Shown in pieces: positions 1 to 8,800 of a stretch of DNA of 64,000 nt. Numbering within the stretch: position 1 is the stretch's first letter; each line of letters begins with the position of its first letter. The stretch spans positions 7,222 through 71,221 of the forward strand of contig JADGBR010000013.1 in the NCBI GenBank assembly GCA_015231405.1. The letters are read 5' to 3'. Source of the stretch: Candidatus Omnitrophota bacterium. Lineage in GTDB: Bacteria > Omnitrophota > Gorgyraeia > Tantalellales > Tantalellaceae. The notes beneath the pieces are model-generated. The model had not been told where the DNA came from and searched no databases. It saw only the letters and a program-made list of their open reading frames with translations. The position numbers and the translations under genes were made by a program.

Positions 1-756
1 CTGCTGGAGGAAAGGCTGAAGGAAGTGTTCGAGAAGAAGCTGGTGAGAGGCAAGGTCTTTGTGCGTATCACCAGGGACGGCGGGAACGAGACCGGGACGC
101 TTCGGAACATAAGCATTAACGAGAAAGTTATCAAAGACTATCTGGGACGCTTTAAGAATCTCCAGAAAAAACTGGCTATCCCGGGAAGTCTGGAGATCAG
201 GGACATCATCCATTTACCCGGCGTAATGGAGCAGACGGCCGATAAGAGGGAGGAAAAACTTTGGCCCGTGATACACGAGGCTACCGAAAAAGCCGTGGAT
301 GATCTCATGAAATTCAGGATAGCGGAAGGCGCGAACCTGGCCAAGGACCTGGTCAAAAGGCTCGTGAAGATAGAGAAGAACATCAGGGAGATAACGAAAG
401 AAGAACAGGCGAGCATAGACGAATACAGGACGAGGCTGACCGAGAAGATAACCGACGCGACGAAGACGAAGGAGATCGACAAGATCAAGCTCGAGGAGGA
501 GGTAGCCGCGTTCGCGCGGAACTGCGATATCGCGGAAGAGCTCCTCAGGCTGGGAAATCACGTGGAAGTCTCGCTTTCGGTGCTGAAGAACCCTATCTCG
601 GACGTTGGAAAAAAACTCGATTTCATAGCCCAGGAAATGCACCGGGAGATCAACACCATCGGGGCCAAGGCCGGCGGATACAGCATCTCCAACCTGGTGA
701 TAGACATAAAGAGCGAAATAGAAAAGATACGCGAACAACTGAGCAACATAGAGTGA
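1..756 (+). CDS. yicC: YicC family protein (N-terminus outside window)
   Basis: Reading frame open to base 1; C-terminal DUF1732-like motif (QEMHREINTIGAKA); typical yicC-gmk-rpoZ gene order. Confidence 0.7.
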   Translation: MLEERLKEVFEKKLVRGKVFVRITRDGGNETGTLRNISINEKVIKDYLGRFKNLQKKLAIPGSLEIRDIIHLPGVMEQTADKREEKLWPVIHEATEKAVDDLMKFRIAEGANLAKDLVKRLVKIEKNIREITKEEQASIDEYRTRLTEKITDATKTKEIDKIKLEEEVAAFARNCDIAEELLRLGNHVEVSLSVLKNPISDVGKKLDFIAQEMHREINTIGAKAGGYSISNLVIDIKSEIEKIREQLSNIE

Positions 757-1388
757 CCGGCGGACAAATGGAAATAAACGGACAAAATACCGGGATAAGC
801 GGCGAAAGGCTGGTATTGGTCGTGTCTTCCCCGAGCGGCGGGGGAAAGACGACGATCGTGAGCCGCGTTCTTTGCGAAATAGGCAGGATCGCGAGATCCG
901 TTTCCTACACTACAAGGCCGCCCAGGAAAGGCGAAGTCGACAAGGAAGATTACTATTTCATTTCCGGTGAAGCGTTCCGGAAAAGGATAGATTCCGGCGA
1001 CCTTCTGGAATGGGAAGAACTGTTCGGGCATTACTACGGCACATCGAAGGAACAGGTCGAAAAGGTGCTTATGGGCGGGGACGATATAATCCTTTCCATC
1101 GACGTCAACGGCGCGAGGTCCGTAAGGGAAAAGGTGCCCGACTGCGTGAGCGTTTTCATAATGCCGCCATCCAGGGAAACGCTCGCCAAGAGGCTTCTGT
1201 CGAGGAACACGGAAGAGAGGGAGGATCTGGCGAAGAGGCTCGCGGAATCGGAAAAGGAGATATCCTCTTCGGAGGAGTACGACTATCTCATAGTGAACGA
1301 TGACCTCGATAAGGCCGTCGTCGAGCTCAAGACCATAATCGAGACGGAAAGGAAGAACCGCAGGGGAAAGAAAAAAGGGTATCTATAG
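753..1388 (+). CDS. gmk: guanylate kinase
   Basis: P-loop SSPSGGGKTT, guanylate kinase fold motifs, ATGA overlap with yicC stop. Confidence 0.85.
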   Translation: MTGGQMEINGQNTGISGERLVLVVSSPSGGGKTTIVSRVLCEIGRIARSVSYTTRPPRKGEVDKEDYYFISGEAFRKRIDSGDLLEWEELFGHYYGTSKEQVEKVLMGGDDIILSIDVNGARSVREKVPDCVSVFIMPPSRETLAKRLLSRNTEEREDLAKRLAESEKEISSSEEYDYLIVNDDLDKAVVELKTIIETERKNRRGKKKGYL

Positions 1389-1412
1389 AGAAGGCGAAAG
1401 CCGGGGGGCAAG

Positions 1413-1625
1413 ATGAAGCCAAAAGATAATATGTCTATCGAGTATTTGCTGCAGCGGGTACCGAGCATTTTCAAACTGACGAATATGGCCTCGATGAGGG
1501 CGATGGAGCTTAATTCCGGGATGAAAAAACTTGTGGAATCGGAACCGAAGACGAAATGTACGACCATAGCCATAAAAGAGATATTGGAAGGCAAGGTCAC
1601 GCTTAAAGAGAAAAAGGATGACTAA
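1413..1625 (+). CDS. rpoZ: DNA-directed RNA polymerase subunit omega
   Basis: Small ORF after gmk; MSIEYLLQRVPSIFKL...MRAMELN omega-like sequence; alternative start at 1431. Confidence 0.7.
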   Translation: MKPKDNMSIEYLLQRVPSIFKLTNMASMRAMELNSGMKKLVESEPKTKCTTIAIKEILEGKVTLKEKKDD

Positions 1626-2157
1626 GAAAGACATGATCATTGGGGTTACGGCGAGCATCGCGGCCTACAAGGCGTGCGAACTTGTCCGTATCCTCATGAA
1701 AAAGGGGTTCAACGTACGGTGCGTCATGACGGAGGGAGCGAAGAAGTTCGTTACGACGCTTACTTTTGAGGCCCTTTCAGGAAATAAAGTAGCGAGCGAG
1801 ATGTTCCCTCACGAACGCGCGACCTCGGCGGAGCATGTATCGCTTGCGGACTCGGCCGAAATAATGCTGGTAGCTCCGGCCACGGCGGATTTTATCGCTA
1901 AAGCGGCCGCGGGAATATCGGACGACATCCTTTTATGCACGCTCGTCGCGTTCCGGAAGCCGGTCGTGATAGCTCCGGCGATGAACGACGGCATGTTCAT
2001 GAACCCGATCATCCGGGAAAAGATCGATTATCTGAGGAAAAAAGGGTACCATTTTGTCGATCCCGTGGCAGGAGAACTTGTCTGCGGGAGGGAGGGGATG
2101 GGTCACCTGGCTCCGGTGGATAAGATCGTCGAAAAGGTCCTCGAGGTGTCGGGCTGA
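1618..2157 (+). CDS. coaC: phosphopantothenoylcysteine decarboxylase (flavoprotein, CoaC domain only)
   Basis: IIGVTASIAAYKACELVRIL flavoprotein N-terminus; ends at TGA 2155-2157 exactly at CoaC/CoaB domain boundary. Confidence 0.8.
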   Translation: MTKKDMIIGVTASIAAYKACELVRILMKKGFNVRCVMTEGAKKFVTTLTFEALSGNKVASEMFPHERATSAEHVSLADSAEIMLVAPATADFIAKAAAGISDDILLCTLVAFRKPVVIAPAMNDGMFMNPIIREKIDYLRKKGYHFVDPVAGELVCGREGMGHLAPVDKIVEKVLEVSG

Positions 2158-2164
2158 AAAGCTT

Positions 2165-2818
2165 ATGAAGAACCGCAAAAAAGTCCTTATAACCGCGGGT
2201 CCGACGGTCGAAGAGTTGGATCCGGTCAGATACATATCCAACTATTCCACCGGAACGATGGGATATTCTCTGGCCAGGGAGGCCGTAAATCGGGGGTATG
2301 AAGTGGCGCTCATATCCGGCCCGGTATCGATACCGGCGCCTCATGGGGCAAAGCTGGTAAAGGTGACCACCGCAAGGGAGATGCTGGGCGCGGTAAAAAA
2401 ACATATCGGCGGAAGCTCATGTCTGGTCATGGCGGCCGCGGTGTGCGATTTCGCTCCGGCGAAAAGAAGCGCTACGAAGATAAAGAAAAGAGCGAGGCTC
2501 GTTATCCAGTTCACCCCGAACCCGGATATCCTGGGCGAGGTAAAGGATGTTCCTGGCGTTTTTAAAGTGGGGTTCGCGTTGGAGACCGGTGGGCTCTTCG
2601 GAAAGGCCCTATGCAAGCTGAAGGCCAAAGGGCTGGACCTTATCGTTGCAAATAAGGCGGGGAGAGGGAGAAAGGATGGCGGGCCATTCGGCGCGGGCAA
2701 GAAGGATTTCATGGTCATATCGAGGGATGGACGGAAAAGGACCCGGATGGGAGTGACCAAGGAAAAGATGGCCGGCTACATTTTCGATGACATCGAAAAA
2801 GCGGCGGAGGCGGCGTGA
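2165..2818 (+). CDS. coaB: phosphopantothenate--cysteine ligase (CoaB domain as separate ORF)
   Basis: ATG 7 nt after coaC stop in a different frame; KKVLITAGPTVEELDPVRYISNYSTGTMG motif of CoaB. Confidence 0.8.
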   Translation: MKNRKKVLITAGPTVEELDPVRYISNYSTGTMGYSLAREAVNRGYEVALISGPVSIPAPHGAKLVKVTTAREMLGAVKKHIGGSSCLVMAAAVCDFAPAKRSATKIKKRARLVIQFTPNPDILGEVKDVPGVFKVGFALETGGLFGKALCKLKAKGLDLIVANKAGRGRKDGGPFGAGKKDFMVISRDGRKRTRMGVTKEKMAGYIFDDIEKAAEAA

Positions 2819-3231
2819 AGGGGTTCACCGTAAAGGAGCTCCTGTTCGTCATAGTGCTGGTATTTATTGCGGCGTACCTGTCCCAGCCTGCTTTCGAGAT
2901 GGTACAGCTGAAAAAGGCCAGGACGGTATGCGCGGTGAATATCCAGAAAATAACCAAGGCACTGTATATTTACGCGAAAGAACACGGCGGGGATTTTCCG
3001 CCTGTGCTAAAAACGCTCTACGACGAGGAATATGTGTCGGACAGGGACATCTTGGATTGTCCCGGGTCAGGGCATAATGGAACGCCGGAAGAGCCGGATT
3101 ACTTTTACACGCCGGGGCTGTCTGTAGGGGCGGATTCCTCGGCGACGCTCGTCAGGGATGATAAGGACAACCATCCAGGGGGGATGAATATAGTGACGGT
3201 TAACGGGACGGTGCTATGGAAAAAAATTTGA
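2815..3231 (+). CDS. prepilin-type N-terminal cleavage/methylation domain protein (pseudopilin-like)
   Basis: N-terminus KGFTVKELLFVIVLVFIAAY matches type IV pilin class III signal; C-terminal ..NIVTVNGTV.. resembles PVC DUF1559-type tails. Confidence 0.6.
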   Translation: MKGFTVKELLFVIVLVFIAAYLSQPAFEMVQLKKARTVCAVNIQKITKALYIYAKEHGGDFPPVLKTLYDEEYVSDRDILDCPGSGHNGTPEEPDYFYTPGLSVGADSSATLVRDDKDNHPGGMNIVTVNGTVLWKKI

Positions 3232-3581
3232 TAAGAGCGTATAATATCCGGCAAACGGGAACTGTTCTGGCTTTGTTGTCGATATCTTTATTGTTTTGTG
3301 TTCCGGTCCATCCCCAGGAAAACGACCTGGAAAGCCCCGGGGCCGCGGTGGCCGGGCTGATAGATCCTGGGACGAGGGATAATTTCAGGAAGGCTTATCG
3401 CGGGAGCTACATTTTGGGCGCGGTAGACTCGGCCAGGCGCCTGGTGCCCGAAAAGATGGAGGCGCTATATCCGGGGAAAGACAGCGCCCAGATAAAAGAA
3501 GCCGTGATCGACTATCTGGACAGGAACCCCGGGGAAGCGAAAAAACCCGTGATCGAAGTTATCCTGGCCGGGGTGAGGTAA
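3216..3581 (+). CDS. hypothetical secreted protein
   Basis: ORF with N-terminal hydrophobic signal-like segment; no recognisable motifs. Confidence 0.4.
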   Translation: MEKNLIRAYNIRQTGTVLALLSISLLFCVPVHPQENDLESPGAAVAGLIDPGTRDNFRKAYRGSYILGAVDSARRLVPEKMEALYPGKDSAQIKEAVIDYLDRNPGEAKKPVIEVILAGVR

Positions 3582-3582
3582 T

Positions 3583-4116
3583 ATGAAAAAAATGGCTTTA
3601 AAGAGAATACTCTCGGCTGGCTCGGCAATGGCGTTGGCTTATGCCACATACTGCGGAGCTTATACTTTAATGGACTATAGCTGGGGGGCACCCTTCGAAA
3701 GCATTCAGAAAGAACTCGAACTCGCCGGAAAGAAAGCCGTTTTCGATGTCAAGAATTTCACTCTTGTCTATGAGGAACCCTGGTTGGAGGGAGAGTGCAA
3801 GGTCTCCCTGGTATTTACCCCTAAAACGAGGCTTCTTGCCGGTATCGCCTGCGTATGGCCATCGGAAGAGGTCATAGACAACGCCATGAAGTTTGTCAGG
3901 GATAAATACGGCGACCCGGTAGCTTTCGACAGGCCGGACCAGATGCGAAAGATCTATATCTGGTCGGACCCGACCACGAGGGACAATAAGATAATACTGA
4001 TCAAGGGCCCTTCTTCCGTGATCCTGAGCTATTACGGCGGCGAATTTTACAGGAATTACCTGGAAGAGTCCAAAGAGCTGAGGGAACGCGCCAAAGAGAA
4101 CGGCCTTCTCCAATGA
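3583..4116 (+). CDS. hypothetical secreted protein / lipoprotein
   Basis: Signal peptide MKKMALKRILSAGSAMALAYATYCGAY; good ORF length, translationally coupled. Confidence 0.45.
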   Translation: MKKMALKRILSAGSAMALAYATYCGAYTLMDYSWGAPFESIQKELELAGKKAVFDVKNFTLVYEEPWLEGECKVSLVFTPKTRLLAGIACVWPSEEVIDNAMKFVRDKYGDPVAFDRPDQMRKIYIWSDPTTRDNKIILIKGPSSVILSYYGGEFYRNYLEESKELRERAKENGLLQ

Positions 4117-5246
4117 GCTTCACAAAAACCGCTTTATTTTTCCTGTACATCCTCTTATTAGCCGCGGTCTTTTATTTCGCTTTCATATGTTACAGGGCCG
4201 CGGGGCTTTACCATTTCGTGAAGGACACGACGAAAGGGTGGGAGGGGCAGCTTCACCGGATCGACGGGATCCTTGGATACGCGCCTATACCCGGGACCGG
4301 GGGCATAGAGACGGTCCCGGGAGGGGAAAAGGTTCCCGTATGGTATAACTCCGACGGGTTCCGGACCCCGCCCGGGGATAAGGACTCCGGTTCCGGAAAA
4401 AAACCCAGGATGCTTTTCCTGGGATGTTCTTTCACCTTCGGGTCAGGGTGCCGCGCGGAGAAAACTTTTCCGTTCCTCATCGGGGAAAAAATGGACGGAT
4501 CAGTGATCAATGCCGGAGTTAACAGCTACGGGTTCTCTAATATGGTGCTCCGAGCGAGGGAGCTGGTGCCGAAATACAAGCCCGATATCGTTTTCTTCCA
4601 GGTATCGCCTTGGCTTTTCGAAAGGGCCGTAGCTATGTACAGGCCGACGCCGTACTGGACGCTGCCGATGCCGTATTATGCCATGGTGAACGGCAGGAAC
4701 GAGATACAGCCTCCTCCGTTCATGACAGGTATATTCGACGTCCCGATCGCGGGGTTTAGGAAAACGCCGGCCGGTTTATCGGATTTCCTCCAGTTCGCCG
4801 TTAAGGTGGCGGTGCCGCTTTATCTCAGGGACGACTTCTCCCGGTGCTGGACCGGGATCCGTATGGCCGTGGGACTTATTCCCCGGCCTAATACGTCGAA
4901 GAACGGCCTGATACGCGATGTCATCCTGGAAATGAACGCGATATGCAAAGAGAACGGCGCGAAACTGGCCGTTATTTTCCTGGGAGACAGGGATATCTCG
5001 AAAAAGATAAATATCAGCCATGAGAACCGGGATGTTATCATGATAGACGCGGAAAAACCGCTTTGGGACGCGCTTCAGATGAAGACCATGACCGATTACA
5101 GTATGGCTTACCAGCATATCGCAGGGGACCCACCGAAGGTCGTCGACCGTCACCCCAACGATAAAGCGCACGCTATAATAGCTGACGCCGTGTACCGGGC
5201 GCTGCAGGAATATATGTTAAAGATGAAGGCGAAGAAGCAGACTTGA
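4113..5246 (+). CDS. membrane-anchored SGNH/GDSL-like hydrolase
   Basis: N-terminal TM helix; block LFLGCSFTFGSG resembles SGNH block I; ATGA overlap with upstream stop. Confidence 0.5.
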   Translation: MSFTKTALFFLYILLLAAVFYFAFICYRAAGLYHFVKDTTKGWEGQLHRIDGILGYAPIPGTGGIETVPGGEKVPVWYNSDGFRTPPGDKDSGSGKKPRMLFLGCSFTFGSGCRAEKTFPFLIGEKMDGSVINAGVNSYGFSNMVLRARELVPKYKPDIVFFQVSPWLFERAVAMYRPTPYWTLPMPYYAMVNGRNEIQPPPFMTGIFDVPIAGFRKTPAGLSDFLQFAVKVAVPLYLRDDFSRCWTGIRMAVGLIPRPNTSKNGLIRDVILEMNAICKENGAKLAVIFLGDRDISKKINISHENRDVIMIDAEKPLWDALQMKTMTDYSMAYQHIAGDPPKVVDRHPNDKAHAIIADAVYRALQEYMLKMKAKKQT

Positions 5247-5258
5247 GAGAAAAAGAGC

Positions 5259-5352
5259 AGAATACAGAATAACGGATCCAGAATACGGGATATCAACATC
5301 CGGGGAAACAGCATTCTGGATCCTGGATCCTGAGTTCTGTATTCTGTATTCC
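5259..5352. terminator. long imperfect palindrome / terminator-like hairpin between SGNH hydrolase gene and pyk
   Basis: cagaatacagaata...ggatccagaat mirrored by attctggatcctggatcc...tattctgtattctg; no clear T-tract, so terminator function is inferred. Confidence 0.4.
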
Positions 5353-5383
5353 GAACTAAGTATACTAAAATGCAGCATTTTTT

Positions 5384-5413
5384 TGTTTATTATTACGGGT
5401 TTTGTTCTATAAT
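5384..5413 (+). promoter_or_regulatory. sigma70-like promoter candidate for pyk (TTGTTT-18-TATAAT)
   Basis: TATAAT at 5408-5413 with TTGTTT 18 nt upstream in AT-rich intergenic region. Confidence 0.3.
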
Positions 5414-5452
5414 AATTAAATTCAGCCGGCAAGGCTGAAAGCGGGATGCAGT

Positions 5453-6502
5453 ATGTATAAAACCAGGATAGTCGCTACGTTGGGTCCGGCCAGCGCGGAT
5501 TATTCCGTCATCCGGAAAATGACGCTTGCCGGCATGGATGTGGCGAGGCTTAATTTCTCGCACGGCAAAGAGATCGAACACGAGAATAAGATACGGATCA
5601 TCCGTAAGATAAATGATAAATATCGACGGCATATACGCATACTGGGTGATCTTGAAGGCTTTCGCATAAGGATAGGATATCTGAAAGAGCCCGGTTTCAG
5701 GGTTCTTAGGAGATCGGAGCGGGTAACGTTCTTTTTCGGGGAGGACAAAGGATCTCGGTGCGAAATACCGTTCGACTATGACGGGGATTTTAGGACTATT
5801 GCCGCCGGAAAAATGATATACGCGGATGACGGGAACATTGTTTTCAAGGTGCTTAAGAGTTCCGCAAAAAAAGTTATCGCGGAAACCGTAGTTGGCGGGA
5901 CGCTTAAAGAGAGAAAAGGGATCAATATCCCGGAAGCGAAGTTCCCGGGTTCCGGGGTAACGGAAAAGGACGCAAAGGATATAGAGTTCTCTCTGAGGCA
6001 CGGTGTCGATCATATAGCCCAGTCCTTCGTGAGGAGCAAAAAAGATATATTGCGTGTTAGGGAGCTTTTTGGAGGCCGCGGACCCGGTAAAGGCCTTGTG
6101 GCGAAGATAGAGACAAGAGAGGCCATCCGGGATATAGACGGGATAATCGAAGTTTCCGACGGGATAATGATAGCGCGCGGAGATATGGGCGTAGCGGTCC
6201 CGATAAGCATGGTGCCGGTGATACAAAAAGAGATCATCAGGAAATGTAATTACCGCAAGAGATATGTTATAACCGCGACCCAGATGCTGGAGAGTATGAC
6301 GGAACATAGCCGCCCAACGAGGGCCGAAGTAACGGACGTGGCGAACGCGATATTGGACGGGACCGACATGGTCATGTTGTCGGGAGAAACGGCGGTCGGG
6401 AAATACCCGGTCGAGGCGATAAGGACAATGAACGATATTATCGGCGTAGCCGAGGGATATAAAAAAAACAGGGCCGAGACGGTAAAAAGGATATTGGCCT
6501 AA
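5453..6502 (+). CDS. pyk: pyruvate kinase, short form lacking C-terminal regulatory domain
   Basis: [11 protein letters not shown]...LNFSHG start and [16 protein letters not shown] motif; only 349 aa. Confidence 0.8.
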   Translation: MYKTRIVATLGPASADYSVIRKMTLAGMDVARLNFSHGKEIEHENKIRIIRKINDKYRRHIRILGDLEGFRIRIGYLKEPGFRVLRRSERVTFFFGEDKGSRCEIPFDYDGDFRTIAAGKMIYADDGNIVFKVLKSSAKKVIAETVVGGTLKERKGINIPEAKFPGSGVTEKDAKDIEFSLRHGVDHIAQSFVRSKKDILRVRELFGGRGPGKGLVAKIETREAIRDIDGIIEVSDGIMIARGDMGVAVPISMVPVIQKEIIRKCNYRKRYVITATQMLESMTEHSRPTRAEVTDVANAILDGTDMVMLSGETAVGKYPVEAIRTMNDIIGVAEGYKKNRAETVKRILA

Positions 6503-6521
6503 AAAAAAGAGGAGAGGGGAT

Positions 6522-6959
6522 ATGATAATGAGATATTTGTTAGTCGCGGTACTTGTTCTAAGCGTTGCGGGGTGCGCCACTCCCAGGAAAAAAGAGACGC
6601 CTAAGTCGGACGTCCAGGTCCTGAAGGAAGAGGTCGGCTCGCTCAAGCAGGAAATGGCTGAAAAGGAAAAAAGGATACAGGAGCTCGAGACCACTAAAGG
6701 TGCCGGGTATTCCGATTACAGCGCCGGCTCAGAAGAGACAAGGACGAGGTCCTATGGTTCAGGTTCCAGCCAGGCTCCGCAGACTGCCAAGAACATCCAG
6801 AAAGCGCTTAAGAATGCGGGTTTTTACAGTGGCGAGATAGACGGTAAGATCGGCAAAGGGACGAGGAAAGCCGTACGGGAATTCCAGGGGTCAGAGGGAT
6901 TAAAAGTCGACGGTATCGTCGGAAAAAAGACCTGGTCCAGACTCCAGTCGTATTTATAA
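6522..6959 (+). CDS. lipoprotein with C-terminal peptidoglycan-binding domain
   Basis: Lipobox LSVAGC; coiled-coil middle; C-terminal PG_binding_1-like LKNAGFYSGEIDGKIGKGTRKAVREFQ. Confidence 0.6.
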   Translation: MIMRYLLVAVLVLSVAGCATPRKKETPKSDVQVLKEEVGSLKQEMAEKEKRIQELETTKGAGYSDYSAGSEETRTRSYGSGSSQAPQTAKNIQKALKNAGFYSGEIDGKIGKGTRKAVREFQGSEGLKVDGIVGKKTWSRLQSYL

Positions 6960-6981
6960 AGGGTCATTGCATTGATCATGA

Positions 6982-7024
6982 GGGTGGGGATGAGTTGTGG
7001 CGAACAACTCATCCCGGTCCCCAC
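6982..7024. terminator. hairpin (terminator-like) downstream of lipoprotein gene
   Basis: ggtggggatgagttg..caactcatcccggtccccac imperfect stem-loop; no U-tract. Confidence 0.35.
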
Positions 7025-7031
7025 AACATGA

Positions 7032-7661
7032 GTGGGGAATAAAATGGGAATCATATCTCTTCTTTTCCACGATCCGGCGGCGTTCCTCATACTTGTGATA
7101 CCGCTTCTGTATTCCGTGATAGCCCACGAAACGGCGCATGGATGGGCGGCGTATCTTTTCGGCGACGATACGGCGAAACGCTCCGGGAGGCTGTCGATCA
7201 ACCCTCTCAGGCACATCGATCCCGTCGGGACAATGGCGCTTGTATTCGTAGGATTCGGTTGGGCCCGCCCCGTGCCGGTCGATTACTCAAAGCTAAGGCC
7301 TTTCAGGCTGGGGCTCATCTGCGTTTCCTCGGCGGGAATATTCGCCAACATACTTATAGCTGCCGGAGCTTTGTACGTTATAAAACTCGAACCCTTGTGG
7401 ATGACGAAAACGCCGGCCGTCATTTTGTCGGTCATGGCAAGGATAAACATTGTACTTGGGGCGTTTAACCTGATACCCATACCTCCGCTCGACGGATCAA
7501 AGATCCTTTTCGGTTTTCTTCCGTCCGCGGCGCAGGATAAATTCATGAGACTGGAACGGTACGGTTTTCCGCTGCTCTTAGTCTTGCTTATCACGGGGGC
7601 TATTGAGCCCCTCATCAAAGTGATTGAGAACGTGATCCTTCATATGTTGCTCGTAAGGTAG
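7032..7661 (+). CDS. M50 family (site-2 protease-like) zinc metalloprotease
   Basis: HETAH zinc motif in TM helix, LSINPLRHIDPVGT motif, multiple TM segments. Confidence 0.7.
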   Translation: MGNKMGIISLLFHDPAAFLILVIPLLYSVIAHETAHGWAAYLFGDDTAKRSGRLSINPLRHIDPVGTMALVFVGFGWARPVPVDYSKLRPFRLGLICVSSAGIFANILIAAGALYVIKLEPLWMTKTPAVILSVMARINIVLGAFNLIPIPPLDGSKILFGFLPSAAQDKFMRLERYGFPLLLVLLITGAIEPLIKVIENVILHMLLVR

Positions 7662-7702
7662 TGCTACTCCCTTTCGGCTGTAGCCGATGACGAATACTAA
7701 AA

Positions 7703-7814
7703 GTGTCAGGCCTCCCCATTGGACATTTTGAGTTAAAGATTAACGCTAATTTGAATATCGGGGTGTAAAAGAGGGACATTAACTCTGGATTTGTCCAATG
7801 GGGAGGCCTGACAC
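7703..7814. repeat. perfect 23-bp inverted repeat with 66-nt AT-rich spacer
   Basis: gtgtcaggcctccccattggaca (7703-7725) is the exact reverse complement of 7792-7814. Confidence 0.6.
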
Positions 7815-7852
7815 CGTTGCTTCTTTTGCCCGGTATGTCTTACTACGCCGCA

Positions 7853-7963
7853 ATGACGAGCCGCCAGGCGTTGGATATCAGGACGGGGAGATCTTCGGTC
7901 AGGAGGTCCATGGCGGGTATGGCAAGCTGGGACTTAGCGCCTGTTCTGAATGAAGCAGCCTAA
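7853..7963 (-). pseudogene. orphan diverged copy of the 3' end (last ~36 codons) of the giant gene 8801-14806
   Basis: About 85% nt identity to 8815-8910; minus strand encodes AASFRTGAKSQLAIPAMDLLTEDLPVLISNAWRLVIAA* versus giant C-terminus ..RTGSKSQLALPAMALLSEDLPGLISAAWRLLISA*; in-frame TAG immediately upstream. Confidence 0.55.
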
Positions 7964-8067
7964 AATAATGGTACATGAGACGCAGCGAGGTGTGGCATAA
8001 TGTTGATCGGGTTATTTAAATGTTTATTGATACGAGATCTTCTCCCGGGAAGCAAGGAGGATGCGAT

Positions 8068-8784
8068 ATGGAATTATTTCGGAACATTTGTGGCTTAGCT
8101 ACTAAAACAATTTCTGATAGATATGATATTTCTATGTTGCAGCAGTTGGAGAAAGTACTGAATCGATCCGGTGTTAGTTTTTTCGGGTCGCGCGAATTCC
8201 TTGATTTTGGATGCGGTACGGGCAGGCTCGCGCAGCTTTTTAGCGGATATATGCCTGACGCGAAATTATACGGTTGTGACGTGAAATCATATCTTGTTAA
8301 ACGGTGCGCGCGCCTGGTCCCGAGGGGCAACTTCTTCGTTAATGGTGTCGTTCCTCCGCTCGACTTGGAGGATGGGAGTGTTGATATGGTCTTTGCGTAT
8401 AGTGTATTTACTCATTTGAAGGAAGACGCGCATATTCAATGGCTGAGGGAGTTTTCCCGAGTATTAAAAAAAGGCGGGTATGCCGTTTTAACCACTCATG
8501 GATATGAGTGTCTTAAACGCATGCGGAAATTCAGCCCCGAAAAGCTGAAGAAATATCAAATAGAGGACTTGGATAATTTCATGGTGCGCAAAGAGCAATA
8601 TTACTGGGTACAGAATCTCCGGAAGGAACCGGATTACGGTCTGGCTGTGATCACTGACAAATATATCAGAGATAATTGGATGAAAGTGTCCGGGATGGAA
8701 TTAAAGGGGTATGAACCCGCCGCGGTAGAGGCATATCCTGAGGGATGCCAGGACTTGGTGATATTGATCAAGGGCAATGGTTAA
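8068..8784 (+). CDS. class I SAM-dependent methyltransferase
   Basis: Motif I LDFGCGTGRL; AT-rich relative to flanks; RBS ggagga before ATG 8068 (ORF also open from 8020). Confidence 0.7.
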   Translation: MELFRNICGLATKTISDRYDISMLQQLEKVLNRSGVSFFGSREFLDFGCGTGRLAQLFSGYMPDAKLYGCDVKSYLVKRCARLVPRGNFFVNGVVPPLDLEDGSVDMVFAYSVFTHLKEDAHIQWLREFSRVLKKGGYAVLTTHGYECLKRMRKFSPEKLKKYQIEDLDNFMVRKEQYYWVQNLRKEPDYGLAVITDKYIRDNWMKVSGMELKGYEPAAVEAYPEGCQDLVILIKGNG

Positions 8785-8800
8785 GCGTGGCCCGGTACCA

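Noticed and set aside
5259-5352. Possibility that the repeat-rich palindrome is a CRISPR repeat or riboswitch
   Set aside because: It is a single inverted structure with no spacer-repeat periodicity. No riboswitch consensus was recognised.
5393-6694. 433-aa ORF on minus strand
   Set aside because: It lies fully antisense to the well-supported pyruvate kinase gene and extends into the lipoprotein gene. Its composition is S/R/P-rich, with no motifs.
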